Shown here: positions 41,270-52,671 of the stretch, one piece after another | Position numbering within the stretch: position 1 is the stretch's first letter | How the letters are laid out: each line of letters opens with the position of its first letter | Assembly (NCBI GenBank): GCA_964570585.1 | Contig: CAZMYR010000003.1 | Span: 22,749-86,748, forward strand | Length of the DNA stretch: 64,000 nucleotides | Direction of reading: 5' to 3' | DNA from: an uncultured Planctomycetia bacterium | GTDB lineage: Bacteria > Omnitrophota > Gorgyraeia > JABMRG01 > JAFGKX01 | Made by a program: the position numbers and the translations under genes | Notes under the pieces: model-generated | The model's database searches: none | What the model was told of the DNA's origin: nothing | What the model saw: only the letters and a program-made list of their open reading frames with translations

Positions 41270-43000
41270 TTACCGTAGGAGCCCCCCGACAACCTTTGGT
41301 GTCGGGACTCCTACGTTAAGCCGTATGTCCTTAAGCTGCAACTGAATAGATTTTACCCCCTTGTATGTATTTAAACTGCAGGTATAAGCCAGATTGATAT
41401 CTTCGTCTGTAATATTAGCGGGGACATTATCTGCCATTCTAAAACCTTTTGCTTCACAAACTTTATCTCCATCAGTAACCCACATCTTTATAGAATCTCT
41501 ACCTATTATCTGTGGTGGTCTTTTAATTTTAAGTTTTTTAGTTGCAAAGACAGGACGAGGGTTTGCTGAACCAAAGGGTGCAAGTTGACTCATCTCTTTA
41601 AAAAATCTATCTGATAATGACTTAAACCCAATCTCCATATCTATCTCTACTGTTGGTATAAGGTCTTCTGCTTTAAGACAACTTTGAGCAATTTCGTTTA
41701 TAAGCCTTCTAAAATCTTCCAAATGACTCTTATGCATTGTTAGGCCTGCTGCATAACGATGCCCGCCAAAATTCTCTAAAAGGTGGCTGCATTTATCAAG
41801 TGCTTCGACAAGATGAAAATTTTTTATCGACCTGCCTGAACCCTTTGCAATCTTACCTTTGGTTGTCATAATCAATGCCGGCCGATGATACCTATCAACA
41901 AGCCTTGATGCAACTATACCTATAACTCCCGAATGCCAGTCTTCATTCTGCAAAACGATAATTTTGTCCTGTTTAAAGTCTATAGTCTGTTCTAACTTAG
42001 CGAGCGCCTGAGTTAAAGTCTGCTGCTCTAATTTCTGCCTGTTGCGGTTTTCTATATCCAGAGTCTCTGCCAATAAATCTGCTTCCTGAGAATTACCTGT
42101 AAGGAGCAGTTGCAAAGCTGTCTCTGCTGAACTTAATCTTCCTGCTGCATTTATGCGCGGCCCGAGAATATAGCCGACATAATGGGAGCTCATTTCCTTG
42201 CCTTTTAATCTTGCTACTGATATAAGGGCCTGCAATCCTTTCTTTTTGCTATTGGTTACTTGCTCAAGGCCGAATTTTGTCAATATTCTATTTTCATCTG
42301 TAAGGGGCACCACATCCGAAATAGTGCCCAAGCATACTAAATCAAGATGTTCATAAATAGAATCTGAATCAACGCCGCAAAGAGCAGATGCCAATTTAAA
42401 AGCTACTCCGACTCCGGCTAAATCTTTATATGGGTACTTGCAGCCTTTTTGTAAGGGGTTTAATATGCTAAATGCATCTGGTAAATCGCCTGAAGGCTGA
42501 TGATGGTCGGTTATAATAACATCTATTCCGGCGCTGTTAAGCTGTTTTGTTTGCTCTTTCGCCGTTATGCCACAATCTACGCTTATAAATAATTTTGTCT
42601 TTCTTATTATAGCAAGTTTAATAGCATTCTCACTTATTCCGAAACCTTCCATAATCCTATCGGGTATATAATGGTTAACCCTTGCCCCCATTTTTTTTAG
42701 CACAAGCTCAAGCAGCGCTGTTGCGCAAATTCCATCTACGTCATAATCGCCATGAATTAATATCTGTTCTTTTCTTTCTATGGCTTTTTTTATACGGGAT
42801 ACAGATTTGCGCATCCCATTCATTAAAAAGGGGTCTTTTAAGTTAAACAGGCTGGGTCTTAAAAATTCATAAGCGCTGCCGGGAGTATCTATGCCTCTGT
42901 TTAACAAAATCTGAGCTGTGATTCCGGATACAGAAAGCTCATCGGATAGAATCTTCTGTCTTTCTAAATCTGTTTTCTTAATAAGCCATTTCTTTATCAT
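41270..43000 (-). CDS. recJ: Single-stranded DNA exonuclease RecJ
   Basis: GDYDVDG, VDCG, TDHH, GPRINAAGRL, GGHRYAAG; start at ATG 43000 overlapping the secDF stop. Confidence 0.97.
   Translation of the reverse strand: MIKKWLIKKTDLERQKILSDELSVSGITAQILLNRGIDTPGSAYEFLRPSLFNLKDPFLMNGMRKSVSRIKKAIERKEQILIHGDYDVDGICATALLELVLKKMGARVNHYIPDRIMEGFGISENAIKLAIIRKTKLFISVDCGITAKEQTKQLNSAGIDVIITDHHQPSGDLPDAFSILNPLQKGCKYPYKDLAGVGVAFKLASALCGVDSDSIYEHLDLVCLGTISDVVPLTDENRILTKFGLEQVTNSKKKGLQALISVARLKGKEMSSHYVGYILGPRINAAGRLSSAETALQLLLTGNSQEADLLAETLDIENRNRQKLEQQTLTQALAKLEQTIDFKQDKIIVLQNEDWHSGVIGIVASRLVDRYHRPALIMTTKGKIAKGSGRSIKNFHLVEALDKCSHLLENFGGHRYAAGLTMHKSHLEDFRRLINEIAQSCLKAEDLIPTVEIDMEIGFKSLSDRFFKEMSQLAPFGSANPRPVFATKKLKIKRPPQIIGRDSIKMWVTDGDKVCEAKGFRMADNVPANITDEDINLAYTCSLNTYKGVKSIQLQLKDIRLNVGVPTPKVVGGLLR
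41274..41315. repeat. GTAG-ended palindrome forming the recJ C-terminus
   Basis: cgtaggag-ccccccgaca...tgtcggga-ctcctacg. Confidence 0.75.
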
Positions 43001-45207
43001 CTTCTCTTCTTCTTCTGCCAGGCGATTAAAAGCGGGCTGGCGATAAATATGGTTGAGTATATACCAGAGATAAAACCTACTATAAGACAAAATGCAAAAT
43101 TGTGTAATACCTCACCACCAAGAAAAAATAATGCAAATGCAGTAAATAGTGTAGTAAGGGTAGTAAGGACCGTCCTGCCTAAGGTCTGATTTACGCTCAT
43201 ATTTATTAATTCTATAAAGTTTATCTTGCGAAGCAAGCGCATATTTTCTCTTATCCTGTCATAGATAACCACTGTGTCATTTATAGAATAACCGGCAATG
43301 GTCAAAAGTGCCGCAACTATAGTTAAATCAAACTCCTTGCCTGTTATTGCCATTGCCCCTATCGTAACCAATACGTCATGAAATAAAGCTACTACTCCTG
43401 CCAATCCATATTCCCAGTGCTTAAATCTTATGCCAATGTAAATCAGAATGCCGGTCAGACCTAAAAGCAATGCCTTAATTGCATTCTTTCTTAAAAGCCT
43501 GCCTACTGATGGTCCAACCTTCTCCACCCTCATCATTTCAGCCTGGTTGTCTTTAAAATCTTGCTTGAAGGTCTTTTTTATCTTATCATATGTATCGGTG
43601 TATGTCCTTATGAGCACATCGCGATTATCTGCAAATTGCTGTATAGAGGCGCTGGCAAGGTCTACCCTTGCCAAACTATCACGAACCATAGCAATATCAA
43701 CCGGTTTTTGAAACCTGAATTGCTGCAGGGTGCCACCGGTAAAATCCACGCCAAAGTTTTTCTCGCCTCTCATCGTAAAAACAAAAATTCCTACAGCAAT
43801 AACCACAGCCGATAAAATATAACAAATCCTTCTTTTTGCGACAAAATTTATACGAGTGCCGCTTATTAAACTGAGCATGCGGAGCCTGCCAAATTTAGGA
43901 GAGCGACTAAGTACATTAAATATAGTTCTGGTAACAACAAGGGCAGTAAATAAACTGGCCAGAATACCTATGGTAAGTGTCATAGCAAATCCGCGAATAG
44001 GACCTGTCCCGAATTGAAGCAGCATAATAGCTGCTATGATTGTAGTTACATTTGAATCTAAAATTGCGCTGAAGGCCTTAGAATATCCGATTGAAATGGC
44101 GCTCCGGACAGTCTTTCCTGTCTTAAGCTCTTCTCGAATTCTCTCATATATTAAAACATTGGCATCTACTGCCATGCCAATAGTAAGTATCAAACCTGCA
44201 ATGCCCGGCAAAGTTAAAGTAAAGTGAAAATAGCCCATTACCCCGCCTATGATTATGATATTTAATAAAAGGGCGATGTTTGCTATTATCCCTGAAAGCA
44301 TATAATATATGAGCATGAAGACTATGACTAAAATAAAACCTGTCAAAATAGCGCACAGGCCTGCATTTACCGAGTCCCGTCCTAATAACGGACCTACTGT
44401 CCTTTCTTCCTCTATATATACTGGCGCAGGAAGAGCACCGGCGCGCAATACAATTGCTAAATCGTTTGCCTCATCCGGACTAAACCTCCCTTCAATTATC
44501 GCTTCTCCGGAAGGTATCTCTTCCTTTATATTAGGGGCAGATTTTACAACGCCATCAAGCACTATAGCGAGTCGGCGTCCAACATTGTCTCTGGTAACGC
44601 GGGCAAATTTTCTCGCGCCTTCTCTATTGAAAGATAGACCTACTACAGGTTGATTAAATTGGGACTGTTGAAACTTAACTGTAGCGTCTTTTAAATCAGC
44701 TCCGGCAACTTCGGCTTTTTCTTCAAGAAGGATTGGCTGGCCTTTTTCGTCTTCTTTCAATTCATAGCCTTCGGGAACATTGTTTTCCAGGGCGCTCTTT
44801 AATTTCTCAGGGTCTGCTGAAACCAGTTTAAACTCTAAAAGTGCAGTTTGGCCTACCAGCTCAATAGCCCTATCTCTATCCGTTACTCCTGGTAGCTGTA
44901 CTACTATTTCATCCTTGCCCTGTCTTTGTATAGCAACCTCTTTAACCCCAAATTGGTCTATACGATTCCTTATTATCTCTAATGCTACATCCGGCGCATC
45001 CTTTGCCTCTTTCTCAGATAACTTTGCTGTATCAACCTTAAGCACAAGGTACATTCCACCCTGGAGGTCAAGCCCTAAATTTATCCTTCCTTCCCGAATT
45101 ACTTTACCTGCTTTATCTTTTATGGTAAACGGGGGAAATAAACTCCACAGGGATAAAATAATAACAACTAATATAAGCAAAACCTTCCATTTAAGGTTCT
45201 TCTGCAT
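42997..45207 (-). CDS. secDF: Fused protein translocase SecDF
   Basis: LGLDLQGG, GMAVDANVLI, GVDFTGG, GYSINDTVVIYDRIRE. Confidence 0.96.
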   Translation of the reverse strand: MQKNLKWKVLLILVVIILSLWSLFPPFTIKDKAGKVIREGRINLGLDLQGGMYLVLKVDTAKLSEKEAKDAPDVALEIIRNRIDQFGVKEVAIQRQGKDEIVVQLPGVTDRDRAIELVGQTALLEFKLVSADPEKLKSALENNVPEGYELKEDEKGQPILLEEKAEVAGADLKDATVKFQQSQFNQPVVGLSFNREGARKFARVTRDNVGRRLAIVLDGVVKSAPNIKEEIPSGEAIIEGRFSPDEANDLAIVLRAGALPAPVYIEEERTVGPLLGRDSVNAGLCAILTGFILVIVFMLIYYMLSGIIANIALLLNIIIIGGVMGYFHFTLTLPGIAGLILTIGMAVDANVLIYERIREELKTGKTVRSAISIGYSKAFSAILDSNVTTIIAAIMLLQFGTGPIRGFAMTLTIGILASLFTALVVTRTIFNVLSRSPKFGRLRMLSLISGTRINFVAKRRICYILSAVVIAVGIFVFTMRGEKNFGVDFTGGTLQQFRFQKPVDIAMVRDSLARVDLASASIQQFADNRDVLIRTYTDTYDKIKKTFKQDFKDNQAEMMRVEKVGPSVGRLLRKNAIKALLLGLTGILIYIGIRFKHWEYGLAGVVALFHDVLVTIGAMAITGKEFDLTIVAALLTIAGYSINDTVVIYDRIRENMRLLRKINFIELINMSVNQTLGRTVLTTLTTLFTAFALFFLGGEVLHNFAFCLIVGFISGIYSTIFIASPLLIAWQKKKRR

Positions 45208-45231
45208 CTATTTACTCTCCCAGAGGTAATT

Positions 45232-45275
45232 GGGACGTCCTGCAGGGGGGGCACCCTGCAGGACGTCCCCAACCA
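45232..45275. repeat. Palindromic element family D, copy 1
   Basis: gggacgtcctgcaggg-N6-ccctgcaggacgtccc-caacca; second copy at 51973-52018. Confidence 0.85.
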
Positions 45276-45290
45276 GAAAGAAAAATCTGG

Positions 45291-45626
45291 TTACTGGCTA
45301 CTGGTTTCTGGTTTCTTCTTCAATCCTGCTACCGCAGATTTCGATATTTCCAGCTTTACATTTTCGTTTACTCTAACTGTGAAAGTATTCTCTTTTACAT
45401 TCACAATAGTGCCGTGTATTCCTCCTGTGGTAATTATTTCTTCATTCTTTTTAAGTTCGCCGAGCATCTTTTGATGGTCTTTCTGCTTCTTTTGCTGCGG
45501 CCTTATAAGCAAAAAATAAAATATGGCAAAGATTAGTATAATAGGCATAAAACTAACCAGAGGACTTGGCGCCTGTTGTCCCTGCGTCTGCGATGGCTGA
45601 CCCATTGCATAGGCATTTGTTAGCAT
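45291..45626 (-). CDS. yajC: Preprotein translocase subunit YajC
   Basis: FYFLLIRPQQKKQK, TTGGIHG. Confidence 0.97.
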   Translation of the reverse strand: MLTNAYAMGQPSQTQGQQAPSPLVSFMPIILIFAIFYFLLIRPQQKKQKDHQKMLGELKKNEEIITTGGIHGTIVNVKENTFTVRVNENVKLEISKSAVAGLKKKPETSSQ

Positions 45627-45649
45627 AAAAAACTCCTTCCGTTATTGGG

Positions 45650-47900
<2,251 letters not shown>

Positions 47901-47904
<4 letters not shown>

Positions 47905-49064
47905 TCCGTCAACTTAACAACTTCTGCGCCCGGGTAATAGTGCCTGAGTATCTGATAACAATTATAGCCTTTTTTTGCCATGGAAAAGGCTCCCCACTGG
48001 CACATTCCCACACCATGACCCCAACCATATCCTTTAAAATGGGCTTGATTATCTTCAATTGACATACTGAAATTTGTGCTATTTAAGACTTTTGTGCCTA
48101 ATATATTGCGAAACTCTTTTGCGGCCATTTTTATGGTATTGTCTGCTTTAATCCTTAAGCTCCTTACTCTGCCCGATCTATCTCTGGATAGAATCTTTAT
48201 AGATTTTATTTTACCTGTCGGTTCTTTAGCCCTGCTTATTTTATCTTCAATCTCATCTAAAGAAATTGTCTTCGCCCATATAAAATACGGAGAATTTTCG
48301 CAAAAAGGGCAGTTTACGCCTCTGAGCGGTTTTACCCCTGATGAAATCTTCCATAACCTCGATGCTTTTTCAGTTCTGCCTCCGCATGTAGCGTGGAAAA
48401 AGGCCGGCAAAACCCTACCTCTATACATTAGAATCTGGCCTGCAGTTTCATCAACTGCTTTGCTGGTTCTAAATTTCTCTCCAAATACGCCTCTGTATAC
48501 CTGTGAACTTACATCTGCACGAAGATAGTATTCTTTATCAGACCTTTGCTGGGCTTGATAAATAGCAAATGTCCTTGAAGCTATGGCCTGGGCCTTTATA
48601 GCCTCCAGGGGCCATCGGTGAGATATTTCATAGTAAAGAACACCTTTAATATAATTTTCTATATTTAATACATTTATAACTGAAAGCAAGCCTTGTTTTG
48701 TCTTTATTAATTGTAACCTGCCTCTATACAAACACTTCCCTACATATATAGATGGGTCTTTGGCAGGTATAATCTCTATCCCATATATCTTAAAATAATC
48801 CTCTTTGAATGTCCTAAAATGTATTCCATGCTCAAAAGCCCTGACTTTCGCCTGCCACAGAACCTCACCTTCTTTAAGGACTTCCCCGGTCTCGATTGTA
48901 GTTATTTTATACGGCCCTTTTACTGCTAATTCTATCTCTTCTACGTCTTCATCTATTGCTACCCTTATCTTATCAGGCACTGCTACTGATAAACTGTCTA
49001 CCTCTTCTGACAAGCAGAATAATATGGCAAAAATAAAAAGAACGAATATGAAGGATTTTCTCAT
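47901..49064 (-). CDS. SpoIID/LytB domain protein (lytic transglycosylase-like)
   Basis: Signal peptide, EAIKAQAIASRT, SQVY, HATCGG, GWGHGVGMCQWGA, ILRHYYPG. Confidence 0.92.
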
Positions 49065-49267
49065 TTTCGGGTTAGTAGATATAATACAATTGTTATTGCT
49101 GCACTAATTAAAAGGCAGGTAGCTAAGGGGAGGTAAAAATGGAAATTATCCTTTTTTATATAGATATCGCCAGGCAGTTTACCCAAAAATGGAATCTTAT
49201 CGAAAAACTGCAAAAATATTCCCAGCATTACTAACAATATCCCGAATATAATAAGGGTTTTGCCAAT
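49061..49267 (-). CDS. DUF2905-family small membrane protein lacking a canonical start (not in ORF track)
   Basis: Manual translation IGKTLIIFGILLVMLG...LGKLPGDIYIKKDNFHFYLPLATCLLIS...; ATGA overlap with the spoIID gene. Confidence 0.75.
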   Translation of the reverse strand: MGKTLIIFGILLVMLGIFLQFFDKIPFLGKLPGDIYIKKDNFHFYLPLATCLLISAAITIVLYLLTRK

Positions 49268-49268
49268 C

Positions 49269-49814
49269 TTAATTTTGAATTTTTAATTTTTTATACCGTT
49301 CCCGCTCACTATATATACATCCGCAATACTTCTGATGATAGAGCCCCATCTGTCTTGATAAATTATGCGACTCTCTAAAACCTGTTCTGAAGTCTTCATA
49401 ATAAAAATTTATTCCATAATTTTTTTCTAAAGAGGTGGCTATATCCTTTATCTTGTCTTGATCCTGATATGGGCTTATCAACAAAGTTGTAGTAAATGCG
49501 TCAAAATTTTCTCTTTTGGCAAACTCTGCGGTTATTTTTAGCCTTAATTGCCAGCATAAGCTGCATCTATCATCCTGTTCATGGAGTGTTATCTTTCTAA
49601 AAAAATCCTCAAATTTATATTCTCTATGGAAAAAAACGGGCAAATTTAACTTCTCCGATACACAAACTACCGATTCCCTCCTTTTATCATACTCTGAAAC
49701 AGGATGTATATTGGGATTATAAAAAAAGCCGAAAACTTTATGGTCTTTTTCACGAAGGGTGTTTATGCAATAAATCGCGCAAGGCCCGCAACATATATGC
49801 AGTAGGATTCGCAT
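49269..49814 (-). CDS. queH: Epoxyqueuosine reductase QueH
   Basis: LLHICCGPC, FYNPNIHP, CSLC, TTTLLISP, YHQKYCGC; near queA/tgt. Confidence 0.92.
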   Translation of the reverse strand: MRILLHICCGPCAIYCINTLREKDHKVFGFFYNPNIHPVSEYDKRRESVVCVSEKLNLPVFFHREYKFEDFFRKITLHEQDDRCSLCWQLRLKITAEFAKRENFDAFTTTLLISPYQDQDKIKDIATSLEKNYGINFYYEDFRTGFRESHNLSRQMGLYHQKYCGCIYSERERYKKLKIQN

Positions 49815-49815
49815 C

Positions 49816-49871
49816 GTTTAGCGTTTAGCGGATAGCGTTTAGCCGATGGGAAAACTATTCGCTATACGCTA
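49816..49871. repeat. 7-nt array with inverted arm
   Basis: cgtttag cgtttag cggatag cgtttag ... ctattcg ctatacg cta. Confidence 0.75.
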
Positions 49872-50906
49872 AAATAGCTCTTTCTGCTTCTCTCTGGTTT
49901 TCTTAAGATGTTGATATGCCAGGTCAGTAATTTTTCTGCCGCGTGGAGTGCGTTTTAAAAAGCCGCTTTTAAGCAAAAATGGCTCCACCACATCAACTAT
50001 TGTATCGGATTCTTCATTTAAAGAAGCGGCCAATGACTCTATGCCTACAGGCCCGCCTTTATAATAATCGATTATGGCAAAAAGAACCTTTCTATCTATA
50101 GTATCCAGGCCAAACGAATCGATGCCCTGGGAATTCAAGGCCTCATCCGCTATTTCTTTAGTAATGGCACCGGATTTTTTTACCTGGGAGAAGTCTCTTA
50201 CCCGGCGAAGCAGGCGATTGGCAACACGGGGAGTGCCTCTTGAGCGCCTGGCTATTTCCATCGCTCCTTCTTTGTCAATCTTAATATTTAAAATTTTCAC
50301 AGAACGATTTATAATCTTCACCAGCTCTTCCGGCTGGTAAAAATCTAAATGAAAAAACATGCCAAACCTGCCCCGTAAAGGGGCGGAAAGTAATCCGGAA
50401 CGGGTAGTAGCTCCTATAAGGGTGAAATGCTTTAGATTAAATTTTATTGTTTTTGCATACGGGCCTTTATCTATAACAAAATCTATCTGGAAATTTTCCA
50501 TAGCCGGATAAAGAAATTCCTCTACAACTTTAGATAAACGGTGCACCTCATCTATAAACAAGACATCCCCTTTTTCTAAATTAGTAAGTATGCCTATTAA
50601 ATCCCCTGCTCTTTCTATTGCCGGGCCTGATGTAGCGGTTATTTTAGAACCCATCTCGTGGGCAATGATATGAGCTAAACTAGTCTTACCTAATCCGGGA
50701 GGCCCTGCAAAAAGCATGTGCTCAAGAGGTTCTCGTCTTTCCTTTGCAGCCTGCAAGGATATAAGCAGATTTTCTACAGTCTTTTTCTGCCCTACAAAGT
50801 CGCTTATTTTAGTAGGACGCAAAGAAAGATTTAATATCTTATCCTCATCAGTCTCCTGCTGAAGGATTATCTTCTCTCTTTTCGGCTTTGGGGTTTTTTC
50901 CTTCAT
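49869..50906 (-). CDS. ruvB: Holliday junction helicase RuvB
   Basis: [28 protein letters not shown]. Confidence 0.99.
   Translation of the reverse strand: MKEKTPKPKREKIILQQETDEDKILNLSLRPTKISDFVGQKKTVENLLISLQAAKERREPLEHMLFAGPPGLGKTSLAHIIAHEMGSKITATSGPAIERAGDLIGILTNLEKGDVLFIDEVHRLSKVVEEFLYPAMENFQIDFVIDKGPYAKTIKFNLKHFTLIGATTRSGLLSAPLRGRFGMFFHLDFYQPEELVKIINRSVKILNIKIDKEGAMEIARRSRGTPRVANRLLRRVRDFSQVKKSGAITKEIADEALNSQGIDSFGLDTIDRKVLFAIIDYYKGGPVGIESLAASLNEESDTIVDVVEPFLLKSGFLKRTPRGRKITDLAYQHLKKTREKQKELF
50846..50897. repeat. 52-bp direct repeat (ruvB 5' end), partner at 52026-52077
   Basis: catcagtctcctgctgaaggattatcttctctcttttcggctttggggtttt identical at both sites. Confidence 0.92.
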
Positions 50907-51013
50907 ACTAGCAACTATTCCTTACAAAAGTTTATTGTCGAGACCTGAAACTTATTAGACCCTACAACAGTCTGACCCCTTGCTGCTTATATTTTTCCAC
51001 TGACACATTCACA

Positions 51014-51757
51014 TCAGGACTTATGGCGTAGTATTTCAAGTTCTTTTCTTAACGGTGCCCAGTATTCTATATCCTTTTGTCGCTCTCGTGCTTCCTCTTC
51101 ACGAAGTGCTGAGCCAAGTTTTTCTGTATCTCTATTAATTGCCAGGGATAAAAGGGGCCTGCGTGCAAGACATTCCCTTGCAATTGCAGGATATCGCCTT
51201 GTCAATTCAATTAAAATAGATGTATCCCGACATTCGCGAAGCCACCATTTTATGCGCTCATCTGAGGGTTTATCTTTGTTTGATAAATAATCATTCTCTA
51301 CAAGGCGTTTTAACATAAGCCAATCTTTATCGCGCTGAGTTTTTTTGCTTTGAACAAGGTCTCGCAGACCGATGACGTCGATAGAGCTGCCGTTTTTTAA
51401 TACCACGGTTTTTTTACGTTTCCATAATTTATCAAATGGTTCCGAGCCGCGCAATTTAGATATTATGTCAATACGCAATTTTTCTACGCCTTTTGCATTA
51501 CACCGAAAATGACAGGCATGTCCACGTTCTAAATACTCTTGCTTAAGCGGCGGCACATAGATACGAGTTGCATTCAAGGCGCTTAAAGCAGCTTGCAGAG
51601 ATTTAAGGTTTTTCGGTGTGCATAATAAGACAAAATCTGAATCACGGCTAAATTCAGCAGCACCGTAAATAATACAGGCCTGTCCGCCGATTAGCAAACA
51701 TTTAACTTTATGCTTCTTTAAAGTAGAAAGGACTTTGAGGATCGGGTTCGGGGTCAA
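51014..51757 (-). CDS. Putative nucleotidyltransferase-fold protein
   Basis: LLIGGQAC..YG...SRDSD resembles the hG[G/S]...DxD motif; K..QRDKD C-terminal motif. Confidence 0.6.
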   Translation of the reverse strand: MTPNPILKVLSTLKKHKVKCLLIGGQACIIYGAAEFSRDSDFVLLCTPKNLKSLQAALSALNATRIYVPPLKQEYLERGHACHFRCNAKGVEKLRIDIISKLRGSEPFDKLWKRKKTVVLKNGSSIDVIGLRDLVQSKKTQRDKDWLMLKRLVENDYLSNKDKPSDERIKWWLRECRDTSILIELTRRYPAIARECLARRPLLSLAINRDTEKLGSALREEEARERQKDIEYWAPLRKELEILRHKS

Positions 51758-51893
51758 GACTCCCTCCTAATGCAATATAAAGTTTCCATAACTTAGTTGT
51801 TTCGGAAAAACGTTCAGCGGGCGTAAGCCTTAGCCATTCAGCGTTTTCATCTACAAATTTCTGTTTTGTGTATTTAATCTTTTGTTTCTTCAT
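51708..51893 (-). CDS. Small hypothetical protein overlapping the nucleotidyltransferase-like gene (possible antitoxin/partner)
   Basis: 61 aa with WLRLTPAERF and DPEPDPQSPF; 50-nt overlap with the downstream gene. Confidence 0.6.
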   Translation of the reverse strand: MKKQKIKYTKQKFVDENAEWLRLTPAERFSETTKLWKLYIALGGSLDPEPDPQSPFYFKEA

Positions 51894-51972
51894 TGAGGGT
51901 AAAAGGGGACGGTTCTATTTTTTACATTTTTCCTGGTGTCCCCCTCAGGGGAAAAAATTCCTTCTTCTAGCA

Positions 51973-52018
51973 TGGTTGGGGACGTCCTGCAGGGAGGCAA
52001 CCCTGCAGGACGTCCCCA
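51973..52018. repeat. Palindromic element family D, copy 2
   Basis: tggttggggacgtcctgcaggg-aggcaa-ccctgcaggacgtcccca. Confidence 0.85.
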
Positions 52019-52022
52019 CTAC

Positions 52023-52086
52023 TTACATCAGTCTCCTGCTGAAGGATTATCTTCTCTCTTTTCGGCTTTGGGGTTTTGTTTTTCAT
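52023..52086 (-). pseudogene. Truncated duplicate of the ruvB 5' end
   Basis: Reads [20 protein letters not shown] then diverges from ruvB at the family D element. Confidence 0.75.
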
Positions 52087-52098
52087 ATTTTTTAATGG

Positions 52099-52659
52099 TT
52101 ACTCTAAATAAAGCAAATATGCCTCCCACTTTCCATTATAACTGTCAATAACGTAGGTATCTGTATTAGCAGGAGTAACAGTATCTTCTATGACATAGTG
52201 TCCTTGATTTTTTGGGTCAGTATCATTACTTCGAAATAATATTTGGTACTGGCTTGTTGTTCCATCGTAGAGAACCCTATACTGGCATATTGTTGTATCG
52301 CTTGAAGTTGGTGGTATCTCTATGTTTAATTCATCTTCAGCATTAACATAATCACTGATAGCTTCTGTCCAATCCCAGGGAAAATAACCTCCCTTTTTAT
52401 AATTATAATACCTCTCTGCTGCAAGAATAACCTGTACGGTATTGGGTACCTCCTTCAATTTCGCCCTGGTACGAAATGTTTCAAACTGAGGATACAATAT
52501 TGTAGCAAGAATAGCGATAACAACTGTGACCATTAATAATTCTACTAAGGTAAACCCCGTTACAAATTTACGTTTGCTATTCTTCTTTTGTATGCTTTGG
52601 TTAATTTGTAACGGGGTAAATGAGTTCCTTTTCTTTGGCTTTATATTTTTTTCTTTCAT
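52099..52659 (-). CDS. Type IV pilin-like protein
   Basis: G|FTLVELLMVTVVIAILATILYP class III signal; AERYYNYK helix. Confidence 0.88.
   Translation of the reverse strand: MKEKNIKPKKRNSFTPLQINQSIQKKNSKRKFVTGFTLVELLMVTVVIAILATILYPQFETFRTRAKLKEVPNTVQVILAAERYYNYKKGGYFPWDWTEAISDYVNAEDELNIEIPPTSSDTTICQYRVLYDGTTSQYQILFRSNDTDPKNQGHYVIEDTVTPANTDTYVIDSYNGKWEAYLLYLE
52555..52616. mobile_element. Family F element in frame in the pilin leader (TAAA duplication)
   Basis: ccccgttacaaatt / aatttgtaacgggg; 62+4=66 nt. Confidence 0.82.
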
Positions 52660-52671
52660 ATTCTTTAATGG

